Shown piece after piece: positions 15,432 through 29,014 of a DNA stretch of 64,000 bases (positions within the stretch are counted from its first letter, which is position 1; each line of letters opens with the position of its first letter). The position numbers and the translations under genes were made by a program. The stretch lies in assembly GCF_009914755.1 (NCBI RefSeq), contig NC_060931.1. One strand, given 5' to 3'. The notes beneath the pieces were generated by a model, which was given only the letters and a program-made list of their open reading frames with translations, had not been told where the DNA came from and did not search any database. This stretch comes from the human T2T-CHM13v2.0 reference genome, Homo sapiens.

Positions 15432-17036
15432 AGCCATACAGTTTTAATTACTGTGAGTCTGTAATATATTCTGAAATCAGAAAATGTAATACCCCCAGCT
15501 TTATTCCTTCTCAATATTGCTTTGGCTACTAGAGGTTCTTTTGTTGCTTTGCACGAATTTTAGAACTATTCTTTCTACTTATGTAAAAAACAATGCCATT
15601 GAGATTTTCTTAGCGATTGCATTGAATCTTTAGATCACTTTTGGTAATATGGACATTTTAACAATACAAAGTTTTCCAGTCTATGAACATAAAATATATT
15701 TTTTATTTGTTTGCATATTTAATTTCCTTCATCGATGTGTTGTAGTTTTCAGTATATGTCTTTTACCTATTTGGTTAAGTTTATTCCTGAGTATTTTACT
15801 GTTTGTAATGCTGTTATAAATAGGATTGCCTCTCTACTTTCTTTTCTGGATAGTTCACTATTAATGTATAGAAATGTAATTGATTTTGATGTCCTGAGAG
15901 TTTCCTGGATTTGATTTAATTATTAGTTCTAACAATTTCTTTGTGTAATTTTTAAGGTTTCTCCATATAAGATAATATCATCTGTAAGCAAAGCTATAAT
16001 ATTTCTTTTTTTCTGATTCAAATGTGTTTTTCTATTTTTATTATCTAATTTCTCTGGATAGATCTTCTAGTACTTTGATGAATAGAAGCGGAGAGAGTGT
16101 GCAACATTTATCTTATTTCTGATATTGGAGGAAAAGTTGAAGATTTTCACCTTTGAATACCATGTGGACTTTTCATAAATAGTCTTTATTATGTTGAGAT
16201 AAATTTCTTCTGCAATCAGTTTGTTAAGACTTTATTATGAAAGAGTGTTGAATTTTATCAAACGTTTTTCTGCATTTATTGAAATAATCATGTGATTTTT
16301 ATCCTTTATTCTGTTAATGTGATATATCATATCAATTAATATTTATATGTTGAGTCATCCTTGCTTCCAGAAATAAATCTCATTTGGTGGTCAAGCATTA
16401 TCCTTTTAATGTGGTATTGAACTTGGTTTGCTAGCATTTTGTTGATAATTTTTGCATCTACGTTCACTAGGGATATTGCCTTGCAGTTTATTTCCTTGTA
16501 GTGTCTTGTGTGACTTCAGAGTAATGATACCAGGGTAATGATTAATGATGGCCTCATAAAATGAATCTAGAAGTTTTCTTCATTTTGTGCAAGAGTTAGG
16601 AAAAAATATTGTTCATTCTTTGAATGTTTGGTATAATTCACTAGTGAAGTCACCTGACATGGCTTTTCTTTTTTGAACAGTTTTTAATTACAGATTCAGT
16701 CTCTACTCACTGTTGGTCTATTTATATTTTCTTTTTTTCTCAATTTAGTTTTGGTAGGTTGCATATTTTTAGGTATTTATTCATTTTTTCTAAGTTATTT
16801 AATTTTTAGTGTATAATTGTTCATAATACTCTCTTATGATCCTTTTTACTTCCATGTTATAAAGATTTTTCTTTCATTTTTGACTTTATTTTTTGGGTCT
16901 TTTCCATTTTTCTTAGTAATCCCAGCTAAATATTTGTCAACTTCATTGATTTTTATTAAAAAACCAACCTTCAGATTTGTTGATTTTTTCCTATTGTTTT
17001 TATATTCTCTATTTTATTTATTTCTGCTCTAATATT
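15432..17036 (-). mobile_element. L1MB1/2-like element, inverted 5' part (ORF2)
   Basis: Antisense ORF2 from gccatacagttttaattactgt to tttctgctctaatattta. Confidence 0.8.
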
Positions 17037-18575
17037 TAGGAAATCCAGAGATCAATGCATGCATATATGGCCAGCTAATCTTCAACAAGAATACTAAAAA
17101 AACACAATACAGAAAAAGTAGTCTCTTCCTGGCTGGGTGTGGCGGCTCATGCCTGTAATCCTAGCAGTCTGGAAAGCCAAGGTAGATGGATCACCTGAGG
17201 TCAGGAGCTCAAGACCAGCCTGGCCAATATGGTGAAATCCCGTCTCTACTAAAAATACAAAAATTAGCTGGGCATGGTGGTGGATTCCAGTAATCCTAAC
17301 TACTCAGGAGGCTGAGGCAGGAGAATCGCCTGAACCTGGGAAGCCATGGTTGCAGTGAGCTGAGACTGTGCCACTGCACCCCAGCCTGGGTGACAGAGTG
17401 AGACTCTGTCTCAAAAAAAAAAAAAAAAAAAAAAGGTAGTCTCTTCCACAAATGGTGTTGGGAAAACTGGATATCCACATGCAAAGTAATGAAGTTAAAC
17501 CTTTATCTTGCACCACGCACAAAAACTAACACAAAAAATTAAAAACTTAAATGTAAGAGCCAAAATTATAAAACTCTTTGAAGAAAACATTGAAAGCAAA
17601 CTTCATGACATTGGTCTTGGAAGTGACTTTTTGGATTTTACACCAAAAGCACAAGCAGGAAAACAAAAATAGACAAAGGGGATTACATCAAATGAAAAAG
17701 CTTCTGCACATCAAAGGAAACAATAGGCAGAGGGAAGTCAACCCAGACAATATTTGCAAATCATATATCTATTATGGGGTTAATATATAAAATACACAAG
17801 ATATTCTTACAACATAGTTGCAATAATAACAATAATATGATAATAATAACCTGATTTTAAAATGGGTCATGGACTTGAAAAGACAGTTTTCCAAAAAATC
17901 CATGAAAATGGCCAGTAGATATACAGACAAATATTCAACACCACTGATCAACAAGCGTTGGCAAAGATGTAAGTTAATTGGAACCTTTGCACACTATGTA
18001 GAAGTTTAAAATGTTTCAGCTGCAATGGAAAACAGTATGAATATTCCCTAAAAATTAAAAATAGATCTACTTTATGATCCACCGATCCTACTATAGGGTA
18101 TATGTCCATAAGATATGTCCATATCTCAAGGAGATAACTGCACTCTCCTGTCCATTGTAAGAGTATTCAAGATAGCCAAGTTATGACAATAACCTACATT
18201 TCCATGAGGGGTGAATACATTTTTGAAATGCATCATATACATACAATGGAATAAGCATCACCCTAAAAAGGAATGATATCTTGCCATTTGCAAAAACATG
18301 GATGAACCTGGAAGATGTTACGCTAATGAAAAAGCCAGATATAGAAGAACAAATACTTCATGATTCCACTTAGATGAGATTTCCAAAATAGTCGAACTCA
18401 TAGAAATAAGGAGTAGAATGGTGGTGGCCAGGGGCTGGGGGAGTAGAGAATGAAGAGTTGCTGTTCAAGGATATAAAGTTTCAGTTACAAAAGATCAAAA
18501 TATTTGGGAGCTCTGCTGTACAACTTTGTACCTGTGGTGAACAATACTGTATTGTGCACCAGAAGAAAAGGTTTA
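17037..18575 (+). mobile_element. L1MB1/2-like element, sense 3' part (ORF2 end plus 3' UTR)
   Basis: aatccagagatcaatgcatgcatatatggcc... through ggtggccaggggctggggg...tgctgtacaactttgtacctg. Confidence 0.8.
17131..17434 (+). mobile_element. Alu (AluSx-like) inserted in L1
   Basis: Full Alu with A tail; TSD core gtagtctcttcc on both sides. Confidence 0.95.
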
Positions 18576-18589
18576 AAAATAAAGATCAT

Positions 18590-18940
<351 letters not shown>

Positions 18941-20780
18941 TCAGAAAAGACTTTTGAGTTTGTATCCCAGCATAGAACTGAATGTGTAGTTCAAATCTCT
19001 GAACATGCTAATTTAACTCTCAGTTGAAGGAGGAAGAAACTGCCCACCTTCATCCTCAAGATTCATGAATATAGAAGAGGAAAATAAATCCCACAGACAG
19101 TATTAGAAAGTTGGATGACTTCTTGAAATGAAATGAGATTGAAAATAATTTTCGGACAGTATTTTATTTCTGAAAGGTGGCTAATGATAATGCAGAAGCC
19201 AGATTAGTTGAAACAATAGTTGGAAAGTTGATTAGTCTTCTTTGTGCTTTCTAATTGCTGAAAAAGGTAAATTTCTTCAAAAGTTCTTTGATTCTTTGAA
19301 GCTGACTAATAGGAACTAAAATACATAGTTTTGTTAAGTGGTCAAAGGAGGAAATTGGTTCTATACTTTTAGAAATAGTCATATATTATAGGTGACATCA
19401 ATTTTCAGCATATACAAATATGACCAAGAAGCTAGCTACCTTGTAATTAAAATGTTCAGACTCATATTTTTAACTTGTCTAAAAAATTTCATTAACTAAC
19501 ATTAATAGAAGAGCCACAAATATGTATTTACTTAAATAGAGATCTTCAATGTGTATTAAATAAAAAATTGAAAATAAAAGAAAAAAGGACAAATTTATAA
19601 TGAGATTTTGAATTTCAACAGTCCACTCATACTAATTTACATCAGTAGGAATATTTGTCAAGATATACAAGACTTGAACAAAACTGTCAGTCAGCTTGAA
19701 CATTTTACATTCCACACACAAAAGGCTCAATACACCTGAATTTGAAGTGCATATGAAAATGTCCCCAAATAGAATGCATTTTTGGGTTTAAGTCTATTCT
19801 CAATAAACTTAAAATAATTAAACACATAAAGCTATATTCTTTGATTTTAATACAATTAAACTAAGTATCAATAACAGAAAGACACCTTTAAAATCACTAA
19901 GTATAAAATACACAACACATTTCTATGTTTTGTTGTGGGTCAAAGAAGAAATCAAAAGGGAAATTAGAAAAAAAAATAACAAAGTCTAAGGGAATAAGGT
20001 CACAAATTATCTATAGAAGGTACAAAAAAGAGGAACATCATGACTGATCCTACAGACATTAAAAGAATAACAAGTAAATTCTGAGGAAACAATTACAATA
20101 AATTATAAACTTTTGATGTAATAGAAACATTCCTTGAAAGACAAAATTCACCAAAACTTACAAAATAGATAACCTGAATAACTCTTTAACATAAATATAT
20201 TAAACCTGTAATTAAAAACTTTTCATAAAGCCAAACTTATGATCTTTGCTTTTGGATTCTTTCAAAATATGTATAAGAAATAATATCAATTCTACACAAT
20301 CTCTTCCAGAAAACAGAAAACATTTCCCAATGCATCTGGAAGCCCGCGTTACCTTGATACCAAACCAAAGAAATTTAAAAAATGAAAACTACTGATCAAT
20401 ATCTGTTACAAACATAGATTTAAAAATCATCACAAAATTTAATATGACAGGTCCAACAATACATAAAGGGATGATATATGATGCTCAAGTGTGGTTCAAC
20501 CCTGAAATGCAAGTTTGGAGTGGCATTAAAAAGTCAGTCAGTTAAATGTAATGTCCATATTAGTAACCTAAAAGGAAATAAGAGTATTTTAACAAATACA
20601 AGAAAACTATTAGCCAAAAATTAACATCATTATATATACATATATATGAACTCAGTAAAATGGATATATAAAGGAATTTCCTCAATGTAAAAAGAGCATC
20701 TATAAAAACCTATAGATTACTTCGTAATTAATAATGAAAGACAAAATGTTTTCTTTCTAAGATAAGAAACGAGGTAAGTA

Positions 20781-20861
20781 TTAGGTTGGTGCAAAAGTAA
20801 TTGTGGTTCTTGCAATTACTTCCAATTGAAAAAAACAGCAATTACTTTAGCACCAACCTAA
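20781..20861. mobile_element. MADE1 (Hsmar1-derived MITE)
   Basis: ttaggttggtgcaaaagtaattg...caattactttagcaccaacctaa, near-palindromic, TA on both flanks. Confidence 0.95.
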
Positions 20862-21001
20862 TATGTCTTCTTTTATCACTTATATTTAATGTTGCAATTT
20901 CAGTTCTAGCCACTGTGAAAAAATAAGAAATGGCTTATTTTTAAAAGATATATGATTGTGTATGTAACAAATCCTATGTGATCTAGGAAAATAAGCTATT
21001 A

Positions 21002-21449
<448 letters not shown>

Positions 21450-22283
21450 TTAATTTAATAGATGGAAAGATATACCATACTCATGGATTAAAGTGTTTAA
21501 TACCTTTAAGATTCCTTAATTTTCCTCAAATTTATCTATAATTTCAAGGTGAGGCCAACTAAAATCTCAGTATGCATTTTTTATATAGACAAGCAGATAA
21601 CAACATTTATATATATAAAAAGAGACCTAAAATATCCAAAACAACTTTGATAAATAACAATGATGAGGAGCATACACTACCATATTTTAATACTTATTGT
21701 AAAAGTACAGTAAGCACAACGGTATGGTTTTGTTATACAGATAGTCATGCTGATAAGCGAACAGAATAAAGAATTCAGAAATAGACTCCAACACAGATTT
21801 CCAATTAATTTTCAACAAAGATGACAAGGCAATTTAATAAGTAAAATTATATTTTTATCAACAAATCCTGCTGTGACAATGTATACCAAATAAAAAGCTT
21901 GTTTTTCATCAAAATGCATCACAGACTAAACTCAAGAGCAGAAATATACTAAAAAGAAACTAAAGAGAAAACATTAGTGACATTTGACTATGCAAAGATT
22001 TCTCAAATGGGCCAAAATGTAATGAAACACAAGTGGAACAACATAGAGAAATTGAATTTGTCAAAAGGCATAGTCAAAAAAGTGAAAAGGTAAACACAGT
22101 TTGTGAGAAAATATTTTTAACATATATATCCAAATAAGACTCTTTATCTAGAACATATTAGAAACACATATATCTCAAAAATACAAAGTGAAATCACCCA
22201 ATTGACAAAAAAGGAAACAGTTGAACAGACATTTCACAAAATAAAATATATGGATGGCAACAAAGCACATTAAAAGATGTTCA

Positions 22284-22600
22284 GGCTGGGTGTGGTGGCT
22301 CACCCCTGTAATCCTAACACTTTGGCAGGCTGAGATTTGGGGATCACTTGAGCCCAAGACTTCAAGACCAGCCTGGGCAACATTATGAGACTCTGTCTCT
22401 ACAAAAAAAAAATAAATAAATAAAATAAAATAAAATAAAATTCAGCCAAGCATGGTGGTGCATGTCTCTGGTCCCAGCTAATTGGGAGGTTGAGGTGGGC
22501 GGACCACCTGGGCCCAAGGAGGTTGAGGCTGCACCTCAGCCATGATCCTGCCACTGCACTTGAGCCTGGGTGACAGAGAAAGACCCTGTGTCAAAAAAAA
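22284..22600 (+). mobile_element. AluJ
   Basis: cacttgagccca and cctgggcaacat J diagnostics; expanded (TAAAA)n linker. Confidence 0.92.
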
Positions 22601-22943
22601 ATGTTTAAACATCATTCATTATTAAGAAACTGCAAAATAAAACTAAGTGGTCTTCAACTACACACCTACTAGAATGGTTAGATTTAAAAGTTTGGACATA
22701 GCAAGGGTTGCTAAGAATATAGAACAACTTGAACTAGTCTACACAAAATGGTAGAACTACTGTTGCAAAGGGTTTGATGACTTGTTAAAAAAGTTAAACA
22801 TACATCTACCATGTAACCTCTGCATTCCACTCGTAGGAGAAATCCAAGAGATACGAAAGTGTATAAGCAGGGAACAACTAGTACATGAACTCACAACAGC
22901 TACATTTTCAAGAGTCAAATACTTTCAACAAATTAAATGTTCA

Positions 22944-23442
<499 letters not shown>

Positions 23443-24399
23443 TCATTTATACAAAATTTCATTAAATACAAAATAATCTGTAGTGACAAAAGGCAGAGCA
23501 ATGGTTGTTTCAGAGTAGGAGCTGGGTGGGGGCAGGTAAGGAAGAAATGCAGAAGAGAGGGAGAAAACTTTTGGGAGTGAAAGAAATATTTATTATCTTT
23601 ATTGTGATGGTATTATAGGTTTACACATATTAATATTCATCAAATTGTACATATTAATTATATGCATTTAATGATGTTATGATAAGTCAAGTTATAAAAA
23701 GTTGATACAGGATGGGGACAAAAGTAGGTACCATAAATTGACCAGCACTAGTTGTGAGTTCATAATTGTTTCTTGTAAGTTACGGGTGCTGAATTAGTTG
23801 GGTTTTTTTGTCATCGTTTGTTTGTTTCTGTTTTTTACCACTTAGCTATTCTGTCCAATAAGACATGAGTTACCTTATTGATGATCACCTAGATGACATT
23901 TGGGGAAATCAAGAATCTAGGGTAGGCCTCAGATTGTGTCAAATACTGAAATAAATATTTTTCTCCACATTTCCTTTTTCTGGCAATATTACCCAAAGTT
24001 ACAGTTTGGTGAATTATTTTAGTTCCCTATGTTGGTTCAGAAGACCAGAGATTGAAGCTACATATGAGATCCTTTGTGGTTACTGGGTTTAAATACCTTC
24101 CAACTCCTACTGAGAAAGACATCAGAGATGTTTATGGTTCTCCTGCAGAAAATTTCTCTGTTGTCAGAGAAGACCTTCAAAAGTTTTCAGGGACTTCCCA
24201 GAAAGCTTTCAGTTCTGAAACAATGTGCGCCCATTTTGGCAGCCATCTACGTCTGAGGCAGCAGACAAATTAACCAACGCATTAAAGAGAGAGTTAATTA
24301 GATAGTTGAGAAATGGATTTAAAATCTTTATTTCTATTATAGATAACATGTTACTTGAGCGGTGCCATCCTACTAGCTAATGTTTGGGGATTATCTCCT

Positions 24400-24610
24400 C
24401 TGTAACAAGCTGAAAATTCTGTACTTTATAAATGCTTATGTTACCTAACTTAAACCTCTCTAGTAACCTAGGATTTAGGTCATTTTCTTATCTCATTTTA
24501 CAAGTAGGGCAATGGCCAACTTATAACAGTCAAGTGAATGTCCTAAATTGATGGATAGTAAAATAATGCTAGCCTTTGAGCCCAGGAATCTGGGTCAAAG
24601 CTCCCTTTTT
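24400..24610 (-). mobile_element. MIR fragment
   Basis: Degenerate MIR core (tctcattttacaagtagggcaa...tttgagcccaggaatctgg). Confidence 0.45.
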
Positions 24611-24924
24611 CTTAACCTTTATTTTTTGGTCTTCCTATGAAGAGACAAATTGGATTCTCTCTCCACTAGACCAAATGGACTATCTTTATGGAGGCCAGGC
24701 TCTGTCTTTGGTGGTCCTGGGGTGATGAAACACACTTCCAAATAGGCTGGTGCTGGTGGATAACTGCTCCTAAAGAAACATGACCCTGTTTATAAAACCC
24801 TGAGGGTCCCTTCATTCAAGTAGTTATGTACAGAGGAGTTTCCATGTGAATCTGCATTTTGTAGCAAGTTATAAGTAACTTCCTGGAGGTTTGATATTGG
24901 TAATATTTCTTAAGAAATGAACCT

Positions 24925-25040
24925 GAGAAGACCTGCATCAGAATCACAGGCAGTGCTTGTTAAATCTAGAGATATGAAATCTACACTTCAGCATCATGAC
25001 TCGATATCTCTGGCATTGGGGCTGGAATTTGCTTAATGAC
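24925..25040. mobile_element. MER5A-like hAT fragment
   Basis: cctgcatcagaatcacaggcagtgcttgttaaa motif. Confidence 0.45.
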
Positions 25041-25457
25041 AGGAGAAAACTTTTGTGTAGATTAATTAAAATACAAAAATGTAATAGGTTTTAAGGCAAC
25101 AAACAACAATGTATCATGCATATGAAGTATAAATTTCTTAGATTATTTCAAATCCATGCACCAAATGACTCAAATTTTCACTCATACTAGAGATGTCCCA
25201 TAGAACTAAGATAGGTGGTGAAAACTTGCTCCAACAAGAAGATTCATTGCACATTGTTAAAAATAAATTCTGAGGTACTGATGTGTAGAATGTTTTGGTC
25301 AACATGACAGCAAGGCCATATGAAATCATCACCAGAAGAATAACAGTAAGTCGTGAGAGGAAAATATGATACAGCAAAGAAGACAATAAAATGATTAACC
25401 AAATTACTCTCCAACAAAATAACAAATAGCTATAAGTCGTGGAAGATGCAGTTTAAT

Positions 25458-25731
25458 TGTGTTTTAATCTACTTGGGCATGCTATAACAAAATAGTATAA
25501 ACTGTGTAGACTATAAAGAACAGAAATTTGTTTTTCACAGTTCTGGAGACTGGTGAGTACAAGATCAAGTCACGGAAGATTCAGTGTCTGGTGAGAACCC
25601 ATTTCCTTTTTAAAGCCGGCCATCTTCTCACTATGTCCTTACATGGCAGAAGGGCCAGGTCCCTCTCTGCAGTCTGTTCTCGAGGGTTTTAATACATGGC
25701 TTTTGGAGGATGCAAACATTCAGGCCATAGC
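25458..25731 (-). mobile_element. MaLR LTR (MSTD/MLT1A-like), internally deleted
   Basis: gctataacaaaata...cacagttctggagactgg...caagatcaag...aacattcaggccatagca. Confidence 0.7.
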
Positions 25732-26130
25732 AAATAGCAATATATGAAAAAATATTTAATAATTTTAGTCAGCAAAATAAAGACCTTCCTACAGATTGTC
25801 AACAAAAGCTAAAAAAGATCCTAGAAGTACTACATCTGGCAGTTAGGCAGAGGAAATCATTGGAAATATTGCCTGCTATGAAACTACAGAAATACTAAAT
25901 ATTCTATCATAAACTTAAGATTAAATGCATTGTTGACCTCATGAGAAAGTGCCAATATTTGCCAAGGAACAAATAAAGTAAGTTCGGAGATCAGAAGAGC
26001 AAGGAAAGGAAGACTGAAGTTTAAGGGCTGCTTCAGAGCAAACACTGCATCCAGATCCAACAATCTTTGGGACTAATGACCACAGACATGTGGATGGGAA
26101 ACAAAGCCTTGCCAAGGTGTCCCTAAGGTA

Positions 26131-26497
26131 GTGACATAGAGACAGGAGGCAAATAAATTCTAGGCAGAAAAGGGCGGGTCTCGGACAAAACCCCACTCTC
26201 GAGCCTGAAACTGTGGCCCAAAGTGAAAACTTCCATCCCTGTTTTCCTGTGCCAATATTGCCTTTTCCAAAACACCCATGGCCCCACCCCACCCCATCCC
26301 ATCCTATTTCTATAAAAACCTCAGACTCAGCTGGCAGAGAGGGGAGAAGCAGCTGGATGTCAGAGAGAAGGGGCTTGACTTCAAAGGCACAACTTGATGA
26401 CATAACTTCAGAGAAGAATCTGACTGGAGCTGGCCGGACTTCAGGGGAAGATTGCCTTCCTGTCGTGTACCGTTTTCAGCTTCCCTTCCCTCTGAGA
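26131..26497 (+). mobile_element. ERV1 LTR (LTR27/LTR28-like), truncated before its poly(A) signal
   Basis: TGA start, aaattctaggcagaaaagggcgggtc, TATA-like ctataaaaacc, gacttcaggggaagatt; homology stops abruptly at cccttccctctgaga. Confidence 0.65.
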
Positions 26498-26509
26498 ATA
26501 AGGGTATAA

Positions 26510-27550
26510 GGGACTCCCATCTCACCCTTATTCCTCACAGACGTGGAAAAAAAAATATGTCCTCTGGATCCTTCCAGGGCAAGTAACCAGGCATCACATG
26601 AGAAATCTACTCTTCTAATCTCACTAAGCCTTTCAATACCTTCCTCTACAGTATACCAAGACAGTTCTGGCATTTAATGTCATTTAGTGTTGGCCACCTT
26701 TTAGTCCATGTTTTAGCCAATCAAGCAAACAAATTAATTGAGTTATTTCTGACCTCGAAAGCTACAACATTAAATCCAGAATCTCTGCTTCGTGGGCTCA
26801 TATCAATAAGTTTGGCCTGATTCAACTTTGTGTTCTTTCCACCACTATTCTACACCCTTGATTTCCATTCCCACACCTATTCCCTAGATTTCTGCTTGGG
26901 TAAATTGCAAAAGCCATGCAGTTATTTTGGAGTGTAGCAAATCTTTTCATGAGTCTTTTTAGGACTTACTGGGACTGAGTCCAGTTGTAGGTCTAGAAGC
27001 AAAGCAGCATGGTATGGATGGGTCCTGAGGAGAATCGCACTGTCTTGCATGGAAAATCCTCCAGCAAAGGCCATTATAGGCTCATCAGGCACAGAAGGAT
27101 TAACCTTTACAGGAGTGGAGTGGTAGCTTCTACTGGCAAAGAAGACTTGGGTGAATTTAAAGGATAGTTGTCCTCTCCTTCATCTGGATCTACACACATG
27201 TCACAATGTCAATTTTCAGGATTTCATCACTTTACAATCAATGCAACCACTTTAAGAGCAGATACCTTGAGAGGCTGGGGATTCTATTTCCATTGTAATT
27301 CTGCCACTCACAGGATGAGACTGTGGGTTTGTTTTTCCAAGATCTCAGCTGTGTGACTGCAGGAGATAAAAATTTCTTTCAAAACATACATAGAAACTTT
27401 CAGGTCATCTGTGCAGTTCTTGAGCTAAGAATTTGAATTTCTAAGCCCATCCTTTTCTTTCTCAACTTTGTGCATCAGAAATAAGAATAACTGGCTAATC
27501 ATGTCACACTCATGAGCTTGACCTAAACAGAGTGAGATGTTAAATGCATG
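26510..27550 (-). mobile_element. ERVL internal sequence (gag, 5' half)
   Basis: Minus-strand ORF MPELSWYTVEEGIERLSEI resembles ERVL Gag; DNA reads aaggtggccaacactaaatga...tggtatactgtagaggaaggtat. Confidence 0.8.
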
Positions 27551-27599
27551 GTCTCAACAGAAAATTTCTCATTATACCAAGAACAGCATGACCTTAAAC

Positions 27600-29013
27600 A
27601 GAATGAAAAATGACAGTTACAGATGCCACCACCAAAATTACAAAGATGCTGGAAATATGTCTCAAGAATTTTAAAGCAGATATCATAAAATCTTTAGTAA
27701 GAAATTATGAATACATTTTAAATCAATGAGAAAATAGAAATTATCTTCTAACACATTGAATACTTTGACCAAAAAAGGAGATCTAAAAATATAGAAATTT
27801 TAGTCAAAATAAAATGACTGAAAAAAATCTTCAGTGGATGAAGTCAAGAGCAGAGTGGAGAGGACAGAAGAAAAAATCAGTAGACCAGAAGAAAGAGCAA
27901 TTAAAATGACCAATCTGAACAATAGAGATCTGTGAGACATACAGAGACCTAGAAATTCATGGCATTGGAATTTTAGAACATCCACAAAGACATACCATAT
28001 CCTGGGTTATACAGCAAACCTCAATGAATTTTTAAGAATGAAAATAATAGACATTATGATCTCTGATCCCAATTAATTCAAATTAGAAATCAATAACAGA
28101 AAGATAAAAGAAAAATCTCTAAACATTTGAAAAGTAAACAAATTTCGAAATAATCCGTGGGTGAAAGAGAAAATCTCAAGGAAAATAAAAATGTACATTG
28201 CACTAAAAAAGAATGAAAATACAACATTTCCAAATTATAACACAGCTAAAGCAGTTTGAGAGGAAAATTTCCAGCACTAAATACGTACATTAAAATAGAG
28301 AACAAATGTTTAATCAGTAACTTAAGATCTCACCCAAAAATTGTAGAAAGGAAAAAATAAAAGATGGATGGAAATAATAAAGATAAATCAACAGATTTGA
28401 ATACAGAAAACAATAAAGGAAAGTCAATGAAACAGAGAGCTTTTGCTAAAAAGATCAATACATTTGGCAAATCTCTAGATAGGTCAACAAAGTTAAAGAA
28501 AGAGAGAAGACACAAATTACAGATTTATAAATTCAGAATGAAAGAAACGGTATCACTATTGGCTCTGCAGACTTAAAAAGGATAGGGAATACTACAAAGA
28601 ACTCTACATATATAACTTTTACAACTTCGTTTAATTCCTCAAAAAACTACAAGCTATCACAACTTGTTCAATATGAAATAGAAAATTTGAGTAACCATGT
28701 GAATATTAAAGAAATAAATTTCTTGGTAAAAAATTCCCTAATATCAGTTATTGTAATTGTAGTACATTTGTAAACACTTAAGAAAATGACAATTCTACAA
28801 TGCTTTAGAAAATAGAAGAAAACACATAGAAATTCATATTATGAAACTGGTATTAGGCAGATGCCAAAATCAGACAATGACAGTCCAAAGTATAAAATTA
28901 TGGACTAATATAATTCATAAATATAGATGGAAAAAGTCTTAATAAAATATTAGTAGAATTCAGCATCATATGAAGATTTTTTGATACAAAATAACAAAGT
29001 AAGATTTCTTCCA
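27600..29013 (+). mobile_element. Old L1M fragment (ORF1 piece joined to ORF2 piece)
   Basis: ORF1-like agtggatgaagtcaagagcagagtggagaggacagaagaaa, then ORF2 endonuclease-to-RT text ending at aaagtaagatttcttcca. Confidence 0.75.
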
Positions 29014-29014
29014 A

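Noticed and set aside
25939-26403. 154-aa minus-strand ORF
   Set aside because: Mostly antisense LTR sequence with no recognisable domain.
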